Shown in pieces: positions 17,501 to 29,539 of a DNA stretch of 64,000 bases. A program made the position numbers and the translations under genes. The stretch comes from Sumerlaeia bacterium. GTDB lineage: Bacteria > Sumerlaeota > Sumerlaeia > SLMS01 > JAHLLQ01. Where the stretch lies: contig JAVJSW010000037.1 of NCBI GenBank assembly GCA_040219255.1, positions 64,001-128,000 on the forward strand, read 5' to 3'. The notes under the pieces were generated by a model. The model saw only the letters and a program-made list of their open reading frames with translations. It made no database searches and was not told the origin of the DNA. Position 1 is the first letter of the stretch. The number at the start of each line of letters is the position of its first letter.

Positions 17501-19457
17501 CGAAGCCATTGAACTCGCCCCCGGCGGTGACGCCCGGGGTGCCGTCGATATCCAGGCCATAGTTCAGCTTCACCAGGGCGCCGTCGTTGACCGCGTCGTG
17601 AACGTTGACGGTGTCGAGTTGGACTTCGATGGTGTTGCTGGAAACGATGTCGAGGGTGGTGAGGCGGCGTGTGCCTTCGGGGCGGCCGTCGTCGGGGTCG
17701 GGGCCGAGGGTGCCGCTGGCGTTGGTGATGGTGAGTGTGGAATCGGGAACCGCCGGGCCATAGACCACGAAGCCGCGGCCGTGGAAGTTGCCGTCGGTGC
17801 TGTTGCGGGGCACGCGCAGGCCGATGCGTCCATCGACCGCCACCGTATAGGTCTGCGGAATGTCATTGAAGACGTTGAGGACTGGATCGGCGGCGAAGCC
17901 GGTCAGTTCCACCAGCACGGTGCCGGGGGCGAAGCCGGTGTCGATGCCGCGCTCGTCGTAACCCGAATCGCCCCGGTCGTTGATGCCGACGATGCAGGAG
18001 TCAAGGCGCTCGTAGATATAGAGATCGCTATCGATGAAGCGCGTGTACTGGCTATTCTTCGCGTACACATCGTTGATTCCGACGAGATTGGTGATGACGC
18101 CGGAGCCGAAGTTGCCGAGGGCGTCGCCGCGTCCGTCCTTGGGGAAATCGCGTCCGCCGCCGAATTCTTTGGCGTTGTAATAAACGACTGGGAAGCCGGC
18201 TCGGGTCAGGATGAAAGCGTGGGGCAGGTTGCCGTAGCCGTTGAATTGGCCGGGGCCGAATTCGTCGTGGCTGCCGGCGAACATCACGCCCCGGGTGCCA
18301 TCGTTGGGGTTGCCGTCCACAGCGTCGTAGGTGTCGTGCTCGAGGAGGTGCATGTCGCCGAAGCCGCCGGCGTTGAAGACTTCGTCCATAGCGAAGAAGA
18401 GGGGGAAGTCGAGGACGTCGCGGTTTCCGAAGCCGTCTTTGCGGGTGTAGGCGGAGAGAACGGAGAAATCGCCGGTGAAGGCTTCGCCGAAGCTGAAGGG
18501 CGTGAAGGGCGATCCGGTGATTTGATCGCGGCCGAGATTATAGACGGCGCCATCGTAGAAGTCGTTCCAGAACCAGGTTGGGACGTGCTTCACGGCGTCG
18601 AGGCGGAAACCGTCGACGCCGTAGAGTTCGCTCATCCACTGCACATAGCGGAGCAGGAGGCCGACGGAGTTTTCGGCGACCGGGTCGCCGGCCAGGGGAT
18701 CGGCAAGATTGAAGGGATGACGGCCCCATTCCTGGGGAAGACCCTGGTCTGGGTAGAACTGGCGGTTGGATTCGCGGGGGGTTTCGCGGGGGATGTTGTT
18801 GCCGAAGCCGGGGACCGGGTGGCGGATGAACTGGTAATTCTTGCTCTGGTTGATGTCGATCAGGCCCGCCAGGCGGCCCTCCAAATCGCCGCCGGAGAAG
18901 GCGCTGTGAAAATCGCCGTCGGGATCGTCGACCGGATCGCCGGCCGCGGTGCTCAGGTAGGTGACGAAGCCGGGATAGCCACCGTTGATTTCGAAGTTGA
19001 AGGAGGAGCCATCGCGGAAACCGTTGTGGTTCAGCACCGTGTCGATGGTCAGCGACACCCCCGCGCGGTCCGTCTCCTCGGCGAAGTGGCGGAAGCCGGA
19101 CTCGGTGCCGTACAGGGTGCGGTCGTTTGGCGAGCCGAGGTTGAATCGGTCGAAGACGTCATAGCCGACGGAGAACCCGCCCGAGTCGGCTTTGCTTGGC
19201 GGCGGCACCCAGAGGACATCGTAGCCGGCCATGAAGACGTCGGGCATGCGGCGCTCGATGGTCTGCCAGGAGCCCTCGAAGTATTGCAGAATAACATCGC
19301 CGGCGGTTGCCGTGGCGGTGGTGAGGCCAAGGGCGAGGACGGCGAGGGGAAGGGTCAGTGAGGGACGGGTGTCAATTATTTTACCGGGGGACCGGCGGCC
19401 AAATCGGAGGGGTGGCATCGGGGTTCTCCTGAATTTTAGGCGGGATAGGCGAAGCAT
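14514..19457 (-). CDS. Large secreted GH13 alpha-amylase with Ig-like domains, lamin-tail domain and C-terminal putative sorting domain
   Basis: DTVLNH, DGFRLDAVKH, FGEAF and FAGSHD GH13 regions; VRINEI...DFVELYNP...VDLGGWTL lamin-tail domain; ends ARAGEWMLY; start may be 19418. Confidence 0.88.
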   Translation of the reverse strand: MLRLSRLKFRRTPMPPLRFGRRSPGKIIDTRPSLTLPLAVLALGLTTATATAGDVILQYFEGSWQTIERRMPDVFMAGYDVLWVPPPSKADSGGFSVGYDVFDRFNLGSPNDRTLYGTESGFRHFAEETDRAGVSLTIDTVLNHNGFRDGSSFNFEINGGYPGFVTYLSTAAGDPVDDPDGDFHSAFSGGDLEGRLAGLIDINQSKNYQFIRHPVPGFGNNIPRETPRESNRQFYPDQGLPQEWGRHPFNLADPLAGDPVAENSVGLLLRYVQWMSELYGVDGFRLDAVKHVPTWFWNDFYDGAVYNLGRDQITGSPFTPFSFGEAFTGDFSVLSAYTRKDGFGNRDVLDFPLFFAMDEVFNAGGFGDMHLLEHDTYDAVDGNPNDGTRGVMFAGSHDEFGPGQFNGYGNLPHAFILTRAGFPVVYYNAKEFGGGRDFPKDGRGDALGNFGSGVITNLVGINDVYAKNSQYTRFIDSDLYIYERLDSCIVGINDRGDSGYDERGIDTGFAPGTVLVELTGFAADPVLNVFNDIPQTYTVAVDGRIGLRVPRNSTDGNFHGRGFVVYGPAVPDSTLTITNASGTLGPDPDDGRPEGTRRLTTLDIVSSNTIEVQLDTVNVHDAVNDGALVKLNYGLDIDGTPGVTAGGEFNGFDGFPNVSGAIGGPRSYTISIDATGLSEGYHYLETIAFRQRPANTPSLYDLQRKVIYLDRLPPTATLAFPTQTGSGDILTSSYEVVVDTHETANSVHILTNVPPAATDGDIFALLNGDNKSRQHDRTQWRQVLSGLTTGTYELTVVAFEETGNYSITRFDGIDADVPSPEVFLGYDADPSDGSVDFQPLPSLINDPAYPNDLVVRVRRSSGMGTIDFPADYSLTLQVDDSSPISAQPYNASLLPPLGVLVQNDQNLGDDFEEFRFLWRGYGTGNHTIRAVAELTSMASPPNEVIAFVDVDANTPGPSVVVTSPTPPATQSDPPTVTLNQPNSLTIEGLFQDNLAQSARIILDLGGDQLTVADIDAPASGPFTVTRPVSSYLQFDAIESGAIIVNTNAPNAKIRVQAATGPNLTGILSEATSAIGLTGYDPLPQRPPIFADGAFDTVISDGVLLASSPVDGGFVGVPGASGADFGGDGSLTEMRGLLRDNVLYIAVRGDMFGGSETNIDNGSFLYVDTNAGSSQGAVDIRNQLNDFADGLRGDISNAAFVLSGSLQGAGIAIDLIAGITAPGVGFGYALGSSDLPGGIGGSFTNFAYREDIVMSYGSSYGSFPAGQGATIQGPDAFLTQLPLLSHGSPDLSLMRFAAVTSSDAGYASPNMLPENPDPANPFDAFPNTQTITAMTILPFHPAVRINEIFTGSIDFVELYNPVPSAVDLGGWTLVFRDSAGLQAEYVFPSGTLIGASDYLVLSDEGGASPPAMGTLSPDLFVGFNIPWEQDRSGSLALLDDLGKGMDYLDWQDRSGSFSGQISRAVPYGTFFGGDITGAQSGAAAKAAQHSLARDVSSTDTDTATDWENTSGINSDGPSLGAANAGEPLWVDLISFTASATNPGEPVRIAWETGAEVGTIGFYIHRAVPSAAGNGWVAGDRVNTTIVPSLGSPSKGANYEITDPLPIADGETRGYFLIEVETQGFTANYGPAFATSGGGPARAGEWMLY

Positions 19458-19718
19458 TCCAAACCCGTTATGTATAGGTCAATGTCAGCGCTTCGACAAG
19501 GGGAAGTTCAGAGGGATCGAATCTTTTTGCGAGACAGCTTTTATTTTGAGATCATAGCACTTAGGGTTCGCGAGCGGATGATGACACTTTAGCGGGCGGG
19601 GCGGAAACGCAAAAACCCGTTGCGCTTGGGAGATAAGCGGGATAACTGTTGTCCATATTAGGAGTCGACGCCACCCGCGCCACCTCCCTCCACATTGCGC
19701 GAAAGGTCTTTGTCGCTC

Positions 19719-22700
19719 ATGACCCGCACTCGAGTTCTCGATGCCAACGAGGCGGTGGCTCGCGTGGCCTATGCCGCCAGCGAAGTCATCGCCATCTATC
19801 CGATCACGCCCTCCTCTTCGATGGGCGAACATGCCGACGCCTGGGGCGCGGCGAGTCAGCCGAATCTGTGGGGCGCCGTTCCGCAGGTGGTGGAGATGGA
19901 GAGCGAAACCGGCGCCGCCGGAGCCGTTCACGGGGCGCTGCAGACCGGCGCCCTGACGACGACGTTCACGGCGAGCCAGGGTCTGCTGCTGATGATTCCG
20001 AACATGTACAAGATCGCGGGTGAGTTGACGCCCTTTGTGATGCACGTCGCCGCCCGCAGTGTGGCGACGCATGCGCTGTCGATCTTTGGCGATCACAGCG
20101 ACGTGATGGCGGCGCGGCAGACCGGCTTCGCGCAGCTTTGCTCGGCTTCGGTGCAGGAAGCGCAGGACTTCGCCGCCATCGCCCATGCGGCGACGCTGGC
20201 GGCGCGGTTGCCGTTTCTGCATTTCTTCGATGGGTTCCGCACGAGCCATGAACTGGCGACCATCGAGGAGTTGAGCGAGGACGCGATGCGGCGCCTGATC
20301 GATCCGCGCCACATCCAAGCCCACCGCCGCCGGGGCATGACCCCCGACCGGCCGGATATTCGCGGAACGGCTCAGAACCCGGACGTGTTCTTCCAGAGCC
20401 GGGAAGCGGCCAACCCCTACTATATCGCCTGCCCTCTGATCGTGCAGGGCATGATGGACGCATTCGCCCAGATCGCCGGGCGTCAGTATCACCTGTTCGA
20501 CTATGTCGGCGCGCCTGACGCGGACCGCGTGATCGTGATGATGGGTTCGGCCTGCACGGCGACCGAAGAAACGATCGGGCGCCTGCGCTCGGAGGGCGAG
20601 AAAGTGGGCCTTCTCAAGGTGCGCCTGTTCCGTCCCTTCAGCACCGCCGACTTCCTGGACGCTTTGCCGCGCACCGTGAAGTCCATCGCCGTGCTCGACC
20701 GCACCAAGGAACCGGGCGCGGTGGGCGAACCGCTGTTCCAGGATGTGGCTTCGACCCTGATGGAGGCCTTCGGCCATGGTGTTTCGCCCTTCGAGACGAT
20801 GCCCCGGGTCATTCGCGGCCGCTACGGGTTGTCCTCCAAAGAATTCACTCCCGCCATGGCCAAGGCCGTTTATGACGAGTTAGCCAGCAAACACCCGCTG
20901 GGCCAGTTCACCGTGGGCATCACCGACGATGTGACGCACATGAGCCTGGCGGTGGACCCGGCCTTCTGCACCGAAGCGGACGATACCTACCGCGCGGTGT
21001 TTTTTGGGCTGGGCAGCGACGGCACCGTGGGGGCGACGAAGAACACGATCAAGATTCTCGGCAACGAACGCGGTGGCCACTCGCAGGGCTTCTTTGTTTA
21101 CGACTCGAAGAAATCGGGTTCGATGACGACGTCGCACCTGCGTTTCAGTCACGAGCCGATCAACAGCAGTTATCTGATCAGCGAAGCCAACTTTGTCTCG
21201 TGCAGCCAATGGCCCTTCGTCGAGCGCGTCGATATCCTCGACTGCGCGGCGCCGGGCGCGGTGGTGCTGCTGAACTCGCATTACGGGCCAGAGCACGTGT
21301 GGGACGAACTGCCCGCGCCGGTGCAACAGCACATCGTGGAAAAGAAGCTGCGGCTGTTCACCGTGGATGCCTTTCACATCGCCAAGGAACTGGGCCTGGG
21401 CCGGAAGATCAACACGGTGATGCAGGCCGCGTTCTTCGCCGCCACCAAGGTCTTGCCGCTGGAAAAGGCGGTGCCGGCGATGAAGGCGTTGATCGCGAAG
21501 AGCTATGGCAAGCTGGGGCCGGCAGTGGTGGAGAAGAATTGCGCCGCGGTGGACCAGGCGCTGGAGGGCGTGGCGGAAGTCGCGGTTCCGGATCACGCCA
21601 CGTCGGCGCGGCCGATGGCGCCGCCGGTATCCGCCGGCGCGCCGGAATTCGTGCGCGATGTGTTGGGCATGATCATCGCCGGCCGGGGCGACAGCCTGCC
21701 GGTGAGCGCCCTGCCGGCCGACGGCAATTTCCCCTGCGGAACGACGCAGTACGAAAAGCGCAACATCGCCCAGGAACTGCCGGTGCTCGACCCGGCGCTC
21801 TGCATCCAATGCGGCAAGTGCGTCATGGCCTGTCCCCACGCGGCGATCCGGGCCAAGCTCTACGACGCCGCGGAAGTTCCCGCCGCGCCGGAGACCTTCA
21901 AGACCGCGCCGTCGAAGTGGCCGGAACGAAAGGAAGCGACCTTCGCCCTGCAAGTGGCTCCGGAGGACTGCACCGGTTGCCAGCTCTGCGCCGAAGTCTG
22001 TCCCGCCAAAGACCGCCAGAACCCGGAGCACAAAGCCCTGGTGATGGTGGCGGCGGAGGACGACCTGAAGGAACGGGAGAAGGTCAATTGGGAGTACTTC
22101 CTGAGTCTGCCGCAGGCCAATCGGGGCGCCTTGAACCAAACCCGGGTCAAGGACGTGCAGCTCCTCGAGCCGCTCTTTGAATTTTCCGGCGCGTGCTCGG
22201 GCTGTGGCGAAACCCCTTACCTGCGGACGCTGACCCAACTCTTCGGTGACCGCATGATGGTGGCGAACGCGACCGGCTGCTCGTCGATCTTTGGCGGGAA
22301 CCTGCCGACGACGCCTTGGCGGGCGAACGCCGAGGGGCGCGGTCCCGCCTGGGCGAATTCGCTCTTCGAGGACAATGCCGAGTTCGGCCTCGGAATGCGG
22401 GTGGCGCTGGATCAGCGCATCTTGGCGGCGATCGAACTTCTCAAGAAACTGCAAGACCGCGTGGGGGCCGAATTGGCCGGCGAGATCGTGAACGCGGAGC
22501 AGGCGACGGACGCGGACATCGCGGCCCAGCGGCAGCGCGTGGTGGAACTGCGCCGCCGCCTGGCGGATTTCGATGAGCCCGCGGCGCGGGAGCTGGACTC
22601 ACTGGCGGACTCGCTTGTCCGCAAGTCGGTCTGGATCGTCGGCGGCGACGGCTGGGCCTACGACATCGGTTTCGGGGGTCTGGACCACGTCCTGGCATCC

Positions 22701-23285
22701 GGGCGGAACGTGAACGTGCTGGTGCTCGATACGGAGGTGTACTCCAACACCGGCGGTCAGTCCTCAAAAGCCACGCCCCGGGGCGCGGTGGCCAAGTTCG
22801 CCGCCAGTGGCAAACCCGCCGCCAAGAAAGACCTGGCGCTGCAAGTGATGAGCTATGGCACGATCTACGTCGCCCGCATCAGCATGGGGGCCAACGACGC
22901 CCACACGTTGCGCGTCTTGCAGGAAGCGGAGTCCTACAACGGTCCCTCGCTGGTGCTGGCGTACGCGCACTGCATCGCCCACGGCATGGATTTGTGTCAT
23001 GGCTTCGATCAGCAGAAAGCGGCTGTCGCCACGGGCCACTGGCCGCTGCTGCGCTTCGACCCGCGTCTGGCGGAGCAGGGCAAGAACCCGCTACAGCTCG
23101 ACTCCAAGGCGCCGAAGATGGCCCTGCGGGAGTACACGGAGAAAGAAGGGCGGTATCAGATTCTGGCGCGGCGCAACCCGGAGCGCTCCTCGGCGTTGCT
23201 GGACGCGGCGGAGAAAGACATCGCCGAGCGCTGGCGCCTGTACCATCATCTGGCGTCCCTGGAACCGGGCGAGACACTGATCTAA
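19719..23285 (+). CDS. nifJ: Pyruvate:ferredoxin (flavodoxin) oxidoreductase
   Basis: IYPITPSS, GLGSDGTVGA, two 4Fe-4S motifs (CIQCGKC, CTGCQLC), GACSGCGE, GGDGWAYDIG. Confidence 0.96.
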   Translation: MTRTRVLDANEAVARVAYAASEVIAIYPITPSSSMGEHADAWGAASQPNLWGAVPQVVEMESETGAAGAVHGALQTGALTTTFTASQGLLLMIPNMYKIAGELTPFVMHVAARSVATHALSIFGDHSDVMAARQTGFAQLCSASVQEAQDFAAIAHAATLAARLPFLHFFDGFRTSHELATIEELSEDAMRRLIDPRHIQAHRRRGMTPDRPDIRGTAQNPDVFFQSREAANPYYIACPLIVQGMMDAFAQIAGRQYHLFDYVGAPDADRVIVMMGSACTATEETIGRLRSEGEKVGLLKVRLFRPFSTADFLDALPRTVKSIAVLDRTKEPGAVGEPLFQDVASTLMEAFGHGVSPFETMPRVIRGRYGLSSKEFTPAMAKAVYDELASKHPLGQFTVGITDDVTHMSLAVDPAFCTEADDTYRAVFFGLGSDGTVGATKNTIKILGNERGGHSQGFFVYDSKKSGSMTTSHLRFSHEPINSSYLISEANFVSCSQWPFVERVDILDCAAPGAVVLLNSHYGPEHVWDELPAPVQQHIVEKKLRLFTVDAFHIAKELGLGRKINTVMQAAFFAATKVLPLEKAVPAMKALIAKSYGKLGPAVVEKNCAAVDQALEGVAEVAVPDHATSARPMAPPVSAGAPEFVRDVLGMIIAGRGDSLPVSALPADGNFPCGTTQYEKRNIAQELPVLDPALCIQCGKCVMACPHAAIRAKLYDAAEVPAAPETFKTAPSKWPERKEATFALQVAPEDCTGCQLCAEVCPAKDRQNPEHKALVMVAAEDDLKEREKVNWEYFLSLPQANRGALNQTRVKDVQLLEPLFEFSGACSGCGETPYLRTLTQLFGDRMMVANATGCSSIFGGNLPTTPWRANAEGRGPAWANSLFEDNAEFGLGMRVALDQRILAAIELLKKLQDRVGAELAGEIVNAEQATDADIAAQRQRVVELRRRLADFDEPAARELDSLADSLVRKSVWIVGGDGWAYDIGFGGLDHVLASGRNVNVLVLDTEVYSNTGGQSSKATPRGAVAKFAASGKPAAKKDLALQVMSYGTIYVARISMGANDAHTLRVLQEAESYNGPSLVLAYAHCIAHGMDLCHGFDQQKAAVATGHWPLLRFDPRLAEQGKNPLQLDSKAPKMALREYTEKEGRYQILARRNPERSSALLDAAEKDIAERWRLYHHLASLEPGETLI

Positions 23286-23470
23286 AGCCAGAAACGACAA
23301 GGACTCAGGGAGAATGTCCGCCCGCCCATTGGGCGAGCGGGAGGGATGAGAATCTTGACTTTGGGAAAAACATGACAAGTTTTGTCCAGATTGTCGTTTT
23401 CCCTTGAGTCCGACATTTTTCATCCGATATATCAGCGCCGACCCAAGAGAATGAAAGGGATCAGAGAACA

Positions 23471-25672
23471 ATGGCTGACACGGCAGGAAACGCGGGAACT
23501 GTGGACGATAAAGGGGCGGGTTCGCACGACAGACTCAATTTGCGCGAAGAGTTTCCTCTTCCCAAGGCGGGTGAGTGGCGGGCCCTCGCCGAGCGCGATT
23601 TGAACGGCGCCGACTTTGACAAGAAGCTTGTCTGGAGGCCCACCGACAAGGTGGCGATTCCTCCGATGGTGACCGCCGAGGAGACGAAGGGGAACCGCCT
23701 GCCGGACGGCGCGCCGGGCTCCGCTCCCTTCCTGCGCGGCACTCGCAAACCCGATGCCGGAGCGGCCGACTGGCTGATCCATCAGGAAGTGGACGAGGCG
23801 ACGCCGGAAGAGGCGAACGCGACGATCCAGGACGGGCTCGCCCGCGGGCTCGGTTCGGTTTCTTTGATTCTCGACAAAGCGGCGCGCCAGGGCTTGGAAA
23901 CAGACCTGAGCGATGTGAGCGACATGATCGGCCGGGGCGGATGTACGCTCAGTTCGATCAATGGCCTGCGGATTGCGCTGGCGGATGTGGATCTGGGCCA
24001 TGTGCCGATGATCCTGCACGGCGGCCAGGCGGCGCTGCCGGTTCTGGCCCTGTGGCTCGCACTGGCGGAAGAACGGGACGTGGCGTGGCATCGGCTGCGC
24101 GGCGGCCTGGATTTCGATCCGCTGGCGGCGCTGGCGGAATTCGGCGAGTTGCGCGCGCCACTGGACCTGTACTGGCGCATCGGCGCCGACCTGGTGAAGT
24201 TCTGCCGCGACAACGCCCACGGTATCCGGCCCTTGCGGGTTTCCAGCGCTCCCTATCATAACGCTGGCGCTTCGGCGTCTCAGGAACTGGCGGCCGCGCT
24301 GGCGGCCGGGGCGGAGTGGCTGCGGAACCTGGATGCCCAGGGCATCGCTCCCGCGGAAACGGCCAAGGCGATTACCTTTAGCTTCCCGGTGGGTTCGAGC
24401 CTGTTCCTGGAAGCGGGCAAGCTGCGGGCCGCCCGCTCTCTCTGGGCCAAGATCGTCCGCGCGTTCGGCGTGGAGGATGAAGACGCCCAGCGCATGGTCC
24501 TCTACGCGCGGACCAGTTCGTTCAACAAGACGACTTACGATCCTTACAACAACATGGTGCGGACGGCGCTGGAAGCTTTCGCCGGCGCTGCCGCCGGGTG
24601 CGATGCGCTGACCGTGACGCGTTTCGACGAGACGGTGCGGCCAGCGTCTGAGTTCAGCCGCCGCGTGGCCCGCAACCAGCAGCTCTTGCTGAAGCACGAG
24701 GCGTTCATGACGAAGGTTTCAGACCCGATGGGCGGGAGCTACGCCCTGGAAGCGCTGACCGATTCGCTGGGACGGGAAGCCTGGGAGTTGCTGCAGGGCA
24801 TCGAGCGCGAGGGCGGCCTGGGGGCGGCCCTGATCGAGGGCAACGTGCAGAAGCAAATCGCCGCCACCGCCGAGCGCCGCTTCGCTCGCCTGGGCGCGCG
24901 CCGTGACTCGATCGTGGGCGTGACCAATTACGCGAACCCGAAGGAAGAGCTGCCGAAGGCCCCGCCGGAAGCGCCGCGGGAGGAGTATCTGGCCGAGCGC
25001 TACCGCCGCATTCAGCGCCTGAAGTCGATGCGCAAGAACAGCGAGGTGCGACGCAAGTTGCTGGAACTGACCTCGGCGGGCAACGAACCGGATCGCAATC
25101 TCGTCGCTCTGGCGGTGGACGCGGCCCAGGAAGGAGCAACGCTGGGAGAGATGGCGACGGCGATTTTCCAGAGCCGCTGGACCGAGTCGCCGGCCGTGGC
25201 GACTCCCATGTATCTGGAACGGATCGACCGTGATTTCGAGGCGCTGCGCCGCAAGGCCGACAAGGTTCGCGCGGAAACGGGTTCTCTGCCCCAGGTCTTC
25301 CTGGTTCCGATGGGGCCGACGGTGATGCGGCGCGCGCGGGTCGGTTTCAGCCACGGGTTCTTCGCCGCGGGCGGGTTCGAAACGGTGGAACCGGAACCCT
25401 TTGAAACGCCAGAGGCCGCCGCGGAGGCCGCCGCCGCCAGTGGCGCCAAGGTTGCGGTGCTGTGCAGCGACGACGAGTCCTACGCGAAGATCGCGAAGCC
25501 CTTCGCCGCAGCGTTCCGGGCCAAGGTGCCGGACGCCTGCGTCATCGTCGCCGGGTATCCGGCGGACGCGGTCGAGGGCCTGAAAGCCGATGGGGTGGAT
25601 GACTTCATCCATCTGCGGGCCAACACGCTGGAAATGCTCCGCGGGCTGCAAGTCCGTCTGGGAATCGCCTAA
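23471..25672 (+). CDS. mutA: Methylmalonyl-CoA mutase small (beta) subunit
   Basis: [39 protein letters not shown]; no DxHxxG B12 motif. Confidence 0.9.
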   Translation: MADTAGNAGTVDDKGAGSHDRLNLREEFPLPKAGEWRALAERDLNGADFDKKLVWRPTDKVAIPPMVTAEETKGNRLPDGAPGSAPFLRGTRKPDAGAADWLIHQEVDEATPEEANATIQDGLARGLGSVSLILDKAARQGLETDLSDVSDMIGRGGCTLSSINGLRIALADVDLGHVPMILHGGQAALPVLALWLALAEERDVAWHRLRGGLDFDPLAALAEFGELRAPLDLYWRIGADLVKFCRDNAHGIRPLRVSSAPYHNAGASASQELAAALAAGAEWLRNLDAQGIAPAETAKAITFSFPVGSSLFLEAGKLRAARSLWAKIVRAFGVEDEDAQRMVLYARTSSFNKTTYDPYNNMVRTALEAFAGAAAGCDALTVTRFDETVRPASEFSRRVARNQQLLLKHEAFMTKVSDPMGGSYALEALTDSLGREAWELLQGIEREGGLGAALIEGNVQKQIAATAERRFARLGARRDSIVGVTNYANPKEELPKAPPEAPREEYLAERYRRIQRLKSMRKNSEVRRKLLELTSAGNEPDRNLVALAVDAAQEGATLGEMATAIFQSRWTESPAVATPMYLERIDRDFEALRRKADKVRAETGSLPQVFLVPMGPTVMRRARVGFSHGFFAAGGFETVEPEPFETPEAAAEAAAASGAKVAVLCSDDESYAKIAKPFAAAFRAKVPDACVIVAGYPADAVEGLKADGVDDFIHLRANTLEMLRGLQVRLGIA

Positions 25673-25704
25673 CCCTTCGAGAGAACGCCAAAAGAGGTCG
25701 TCCA

Positions 25705-27879
<2,175 letters not shown>

Positions 27880-27961
27880 GAGCCGCGAAGTTCGCCCGCC
27901 AACCCCCACTGAAACCCAAGCTCCGAATCCCAAGCACCGAAACCGAAGTTCTGGAATCCTC

Positions 27962-29077
27962 ATGTGCGCCTCCTCGACAGACCAACCCGGCACCACGCCC
28001 CGCGTCCTACCGGCCGCCGTGGCGCCACAAGGTCCGGCGTTGCGGCGGCGGGGCGTCCGGCGGGTTCTCGAGGCGAAGGACTACATCGACGGCATTCGGT
28101 GCTGTGACCGGGGCATTCTGGGGCGGGCCTTTTCCTTGATGGAGAGTCACGTACCGGCCCACCGGGTGGTGGCGTCGGAGGTTCTCAACGGCATTCTTTC
28201 GCGCACGGGGAACGCGGTGCGGCTCGGCATCAGCGGCGTTCCCGGGGCGGGCAAGAGCACGCTGATCGAGGCGCTGGGGATGAAGCTCACCGGCAAGGGG
28301 CATAAGGTCGCGGTGCTGGCGGTCGATCCGTCGAGTGCCATCAGCGGCGGCAGCATCCTGGGCGACAAGACGCGCATGGAGAAGCTGGCGTTGCATGAGT
28401 CGGCGATGGTTCGTCCCAGCGCGGCGGGCCGGCTGTTGGGCGGGGTGGCTCGCGGGACGCGCGAGAGCGTCCTGGTTTGCGAAGCGGCCGGCTACGACGT
28501 GGTCATTGTGGAAACAGTGGGCGTGGGGCAGTCGGAAAGCGCCGTGGCCAGCATGGTGGACTTTTTCCTTCTGCTGATGCTGACCGGCGGGGGCGACGAG
28601 CTTCAGGGCATCAAGCGGGGCGTGCTGGAGTTGGCGGATGGCATCGCGATCAACAAGGCGGATGGCGAGAACGCCCGCCGCGCCCAGGTCGCCTGCACGG
28701 AGCTACGTTCCGCGCTTCGGCTACTTCGGCCCAGCGACGGGGCGCACTGGGCGCCCAAGGTTCTGCCTTGCTCGGCGGTGACCGGTGTGGGTCTGGACGA
28801 TCTGTGGCAAATGGTACGCGACTACGAAGCCGTGATGAAAGAAACGGGCCGGCGGTCGGAAAAACGGCGACTCCAGGCCGCGCAGTGGATGACCCAGGCG
28901 ACGGAAGCGCTCGTTCTCGAACGCTTTTTCGCCCAGGACGCCGTACGCCAGGAGCGCGAGGCGCTGCGCCATGCCGTGGAGGAGGGCCAAATGGCGCCTC
29001 TGGCGGCGGCGGAGCGCCTGGCGGCCCTGGCCCAACATAGTACATCTTCCGAAAAGAAAGGAACGAGGGAATCATGA
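27962..29077 (+). CDS. meaB: Methylmalonyl-CoA mutase-associated GTPase
   Basis: GVPGAGKST, AVDPSS..SGGSILGDKTRM, ETVGVGQSE, NKAD; start uncertain. Confidence 0.93.
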   Translation: MCASSTDQPGTTPRVLPAAVAPQGPALRRRGVRRVLEAKDYIDGIRCCDRGILGRAFSLMESHVPAHRVVASEVLNGILSRTGNAVRLGISGVPGAGKSTLIEALGMKLTGKGHKVAVLAVDPSSAISGGSILGDKTRMEKLALHESAMVRPSAAGRLLGGVARGTRESVLVCEAAGYDVVIVETVGVGQSESAVASMVDFFLLLMLTGGGDELQGIKRGVLELADGIAINKADGENARRAQVACTELRSALRLLRPSDGAHWAPKVLPCSAVTGVGLDDLWQMVRDYEAVMKETGRRSEKRRLQAAQWMTQATEALVLERFFAQDAVRQEREALRHAVEEGQMAPLAAAERLAALAQHSTSSEKKGTRES

Positions 29078-29487
29078 TTCAGGCCAAAGCGATCAATCAT
29101 TTGGGCATCGCTGTCACTTCTCTGGACGACCAGCGCGAGTACTACGAGAAGGTGCTCGGAGCGCAATTCGAGGGAATCGAAGAGGTCCCGACGCAGAAGG
29201 TCCGCGTGGCCTTCTATCGCGTGGGGGATGTGAAGCTGGAATTGCTGGAGCCGACGGCGGACGACAGCCCGATCGCCAAATTCATCGAGAAGAAGGGTCC
29301 GGGGTTGCATCACATCGCCTACACAGTGGATGATATCCAGGCACGTTTGGACGAGCTGAAGAACGGCGGCGTGAAGTTGATCGACGAGACGCCGCGGCCG
29401 GGCGCGCATGACACGCGAATCGCCTTCCTTCATCCGAAATCGAGCGCCGGGGTTCTCACCGAATTGTGCGAGCCGAAAGCTCACTAA
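29074..29487 (+). CDS. mce: Methylmalonyl-CoA epimerase
   Basis: HLGIAV, LELLEP, GLHHIAY, FLHPKS..GVLTELCE. Confidence 0.95.
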   Translation: MIQAKAINHLGIAVTSLDDQREYYEKVLGAQFEGIEEVPTQKVRVAFYRVGDVKLELLEPTADDSPIAKFIEKKGPGLHHIAYTVDDIQARLDELKNGGVKLIDETPRPGAHDTRIAFLHPKSSAGVLTELCEPKAH

Positions 29488-29539
29488 GCCCACCGAAACA
29501 GAACTTTTTCTCTCCGGAACTTCACGAGGAGTCCCAACC

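Noticed and set aside
23286-23470. Cobalamin riboswitch upstream of mutA
   Set aside because: No B12-box motifs recognised; only a short GACAA-N3-TTGTC palindrome too weak to call.
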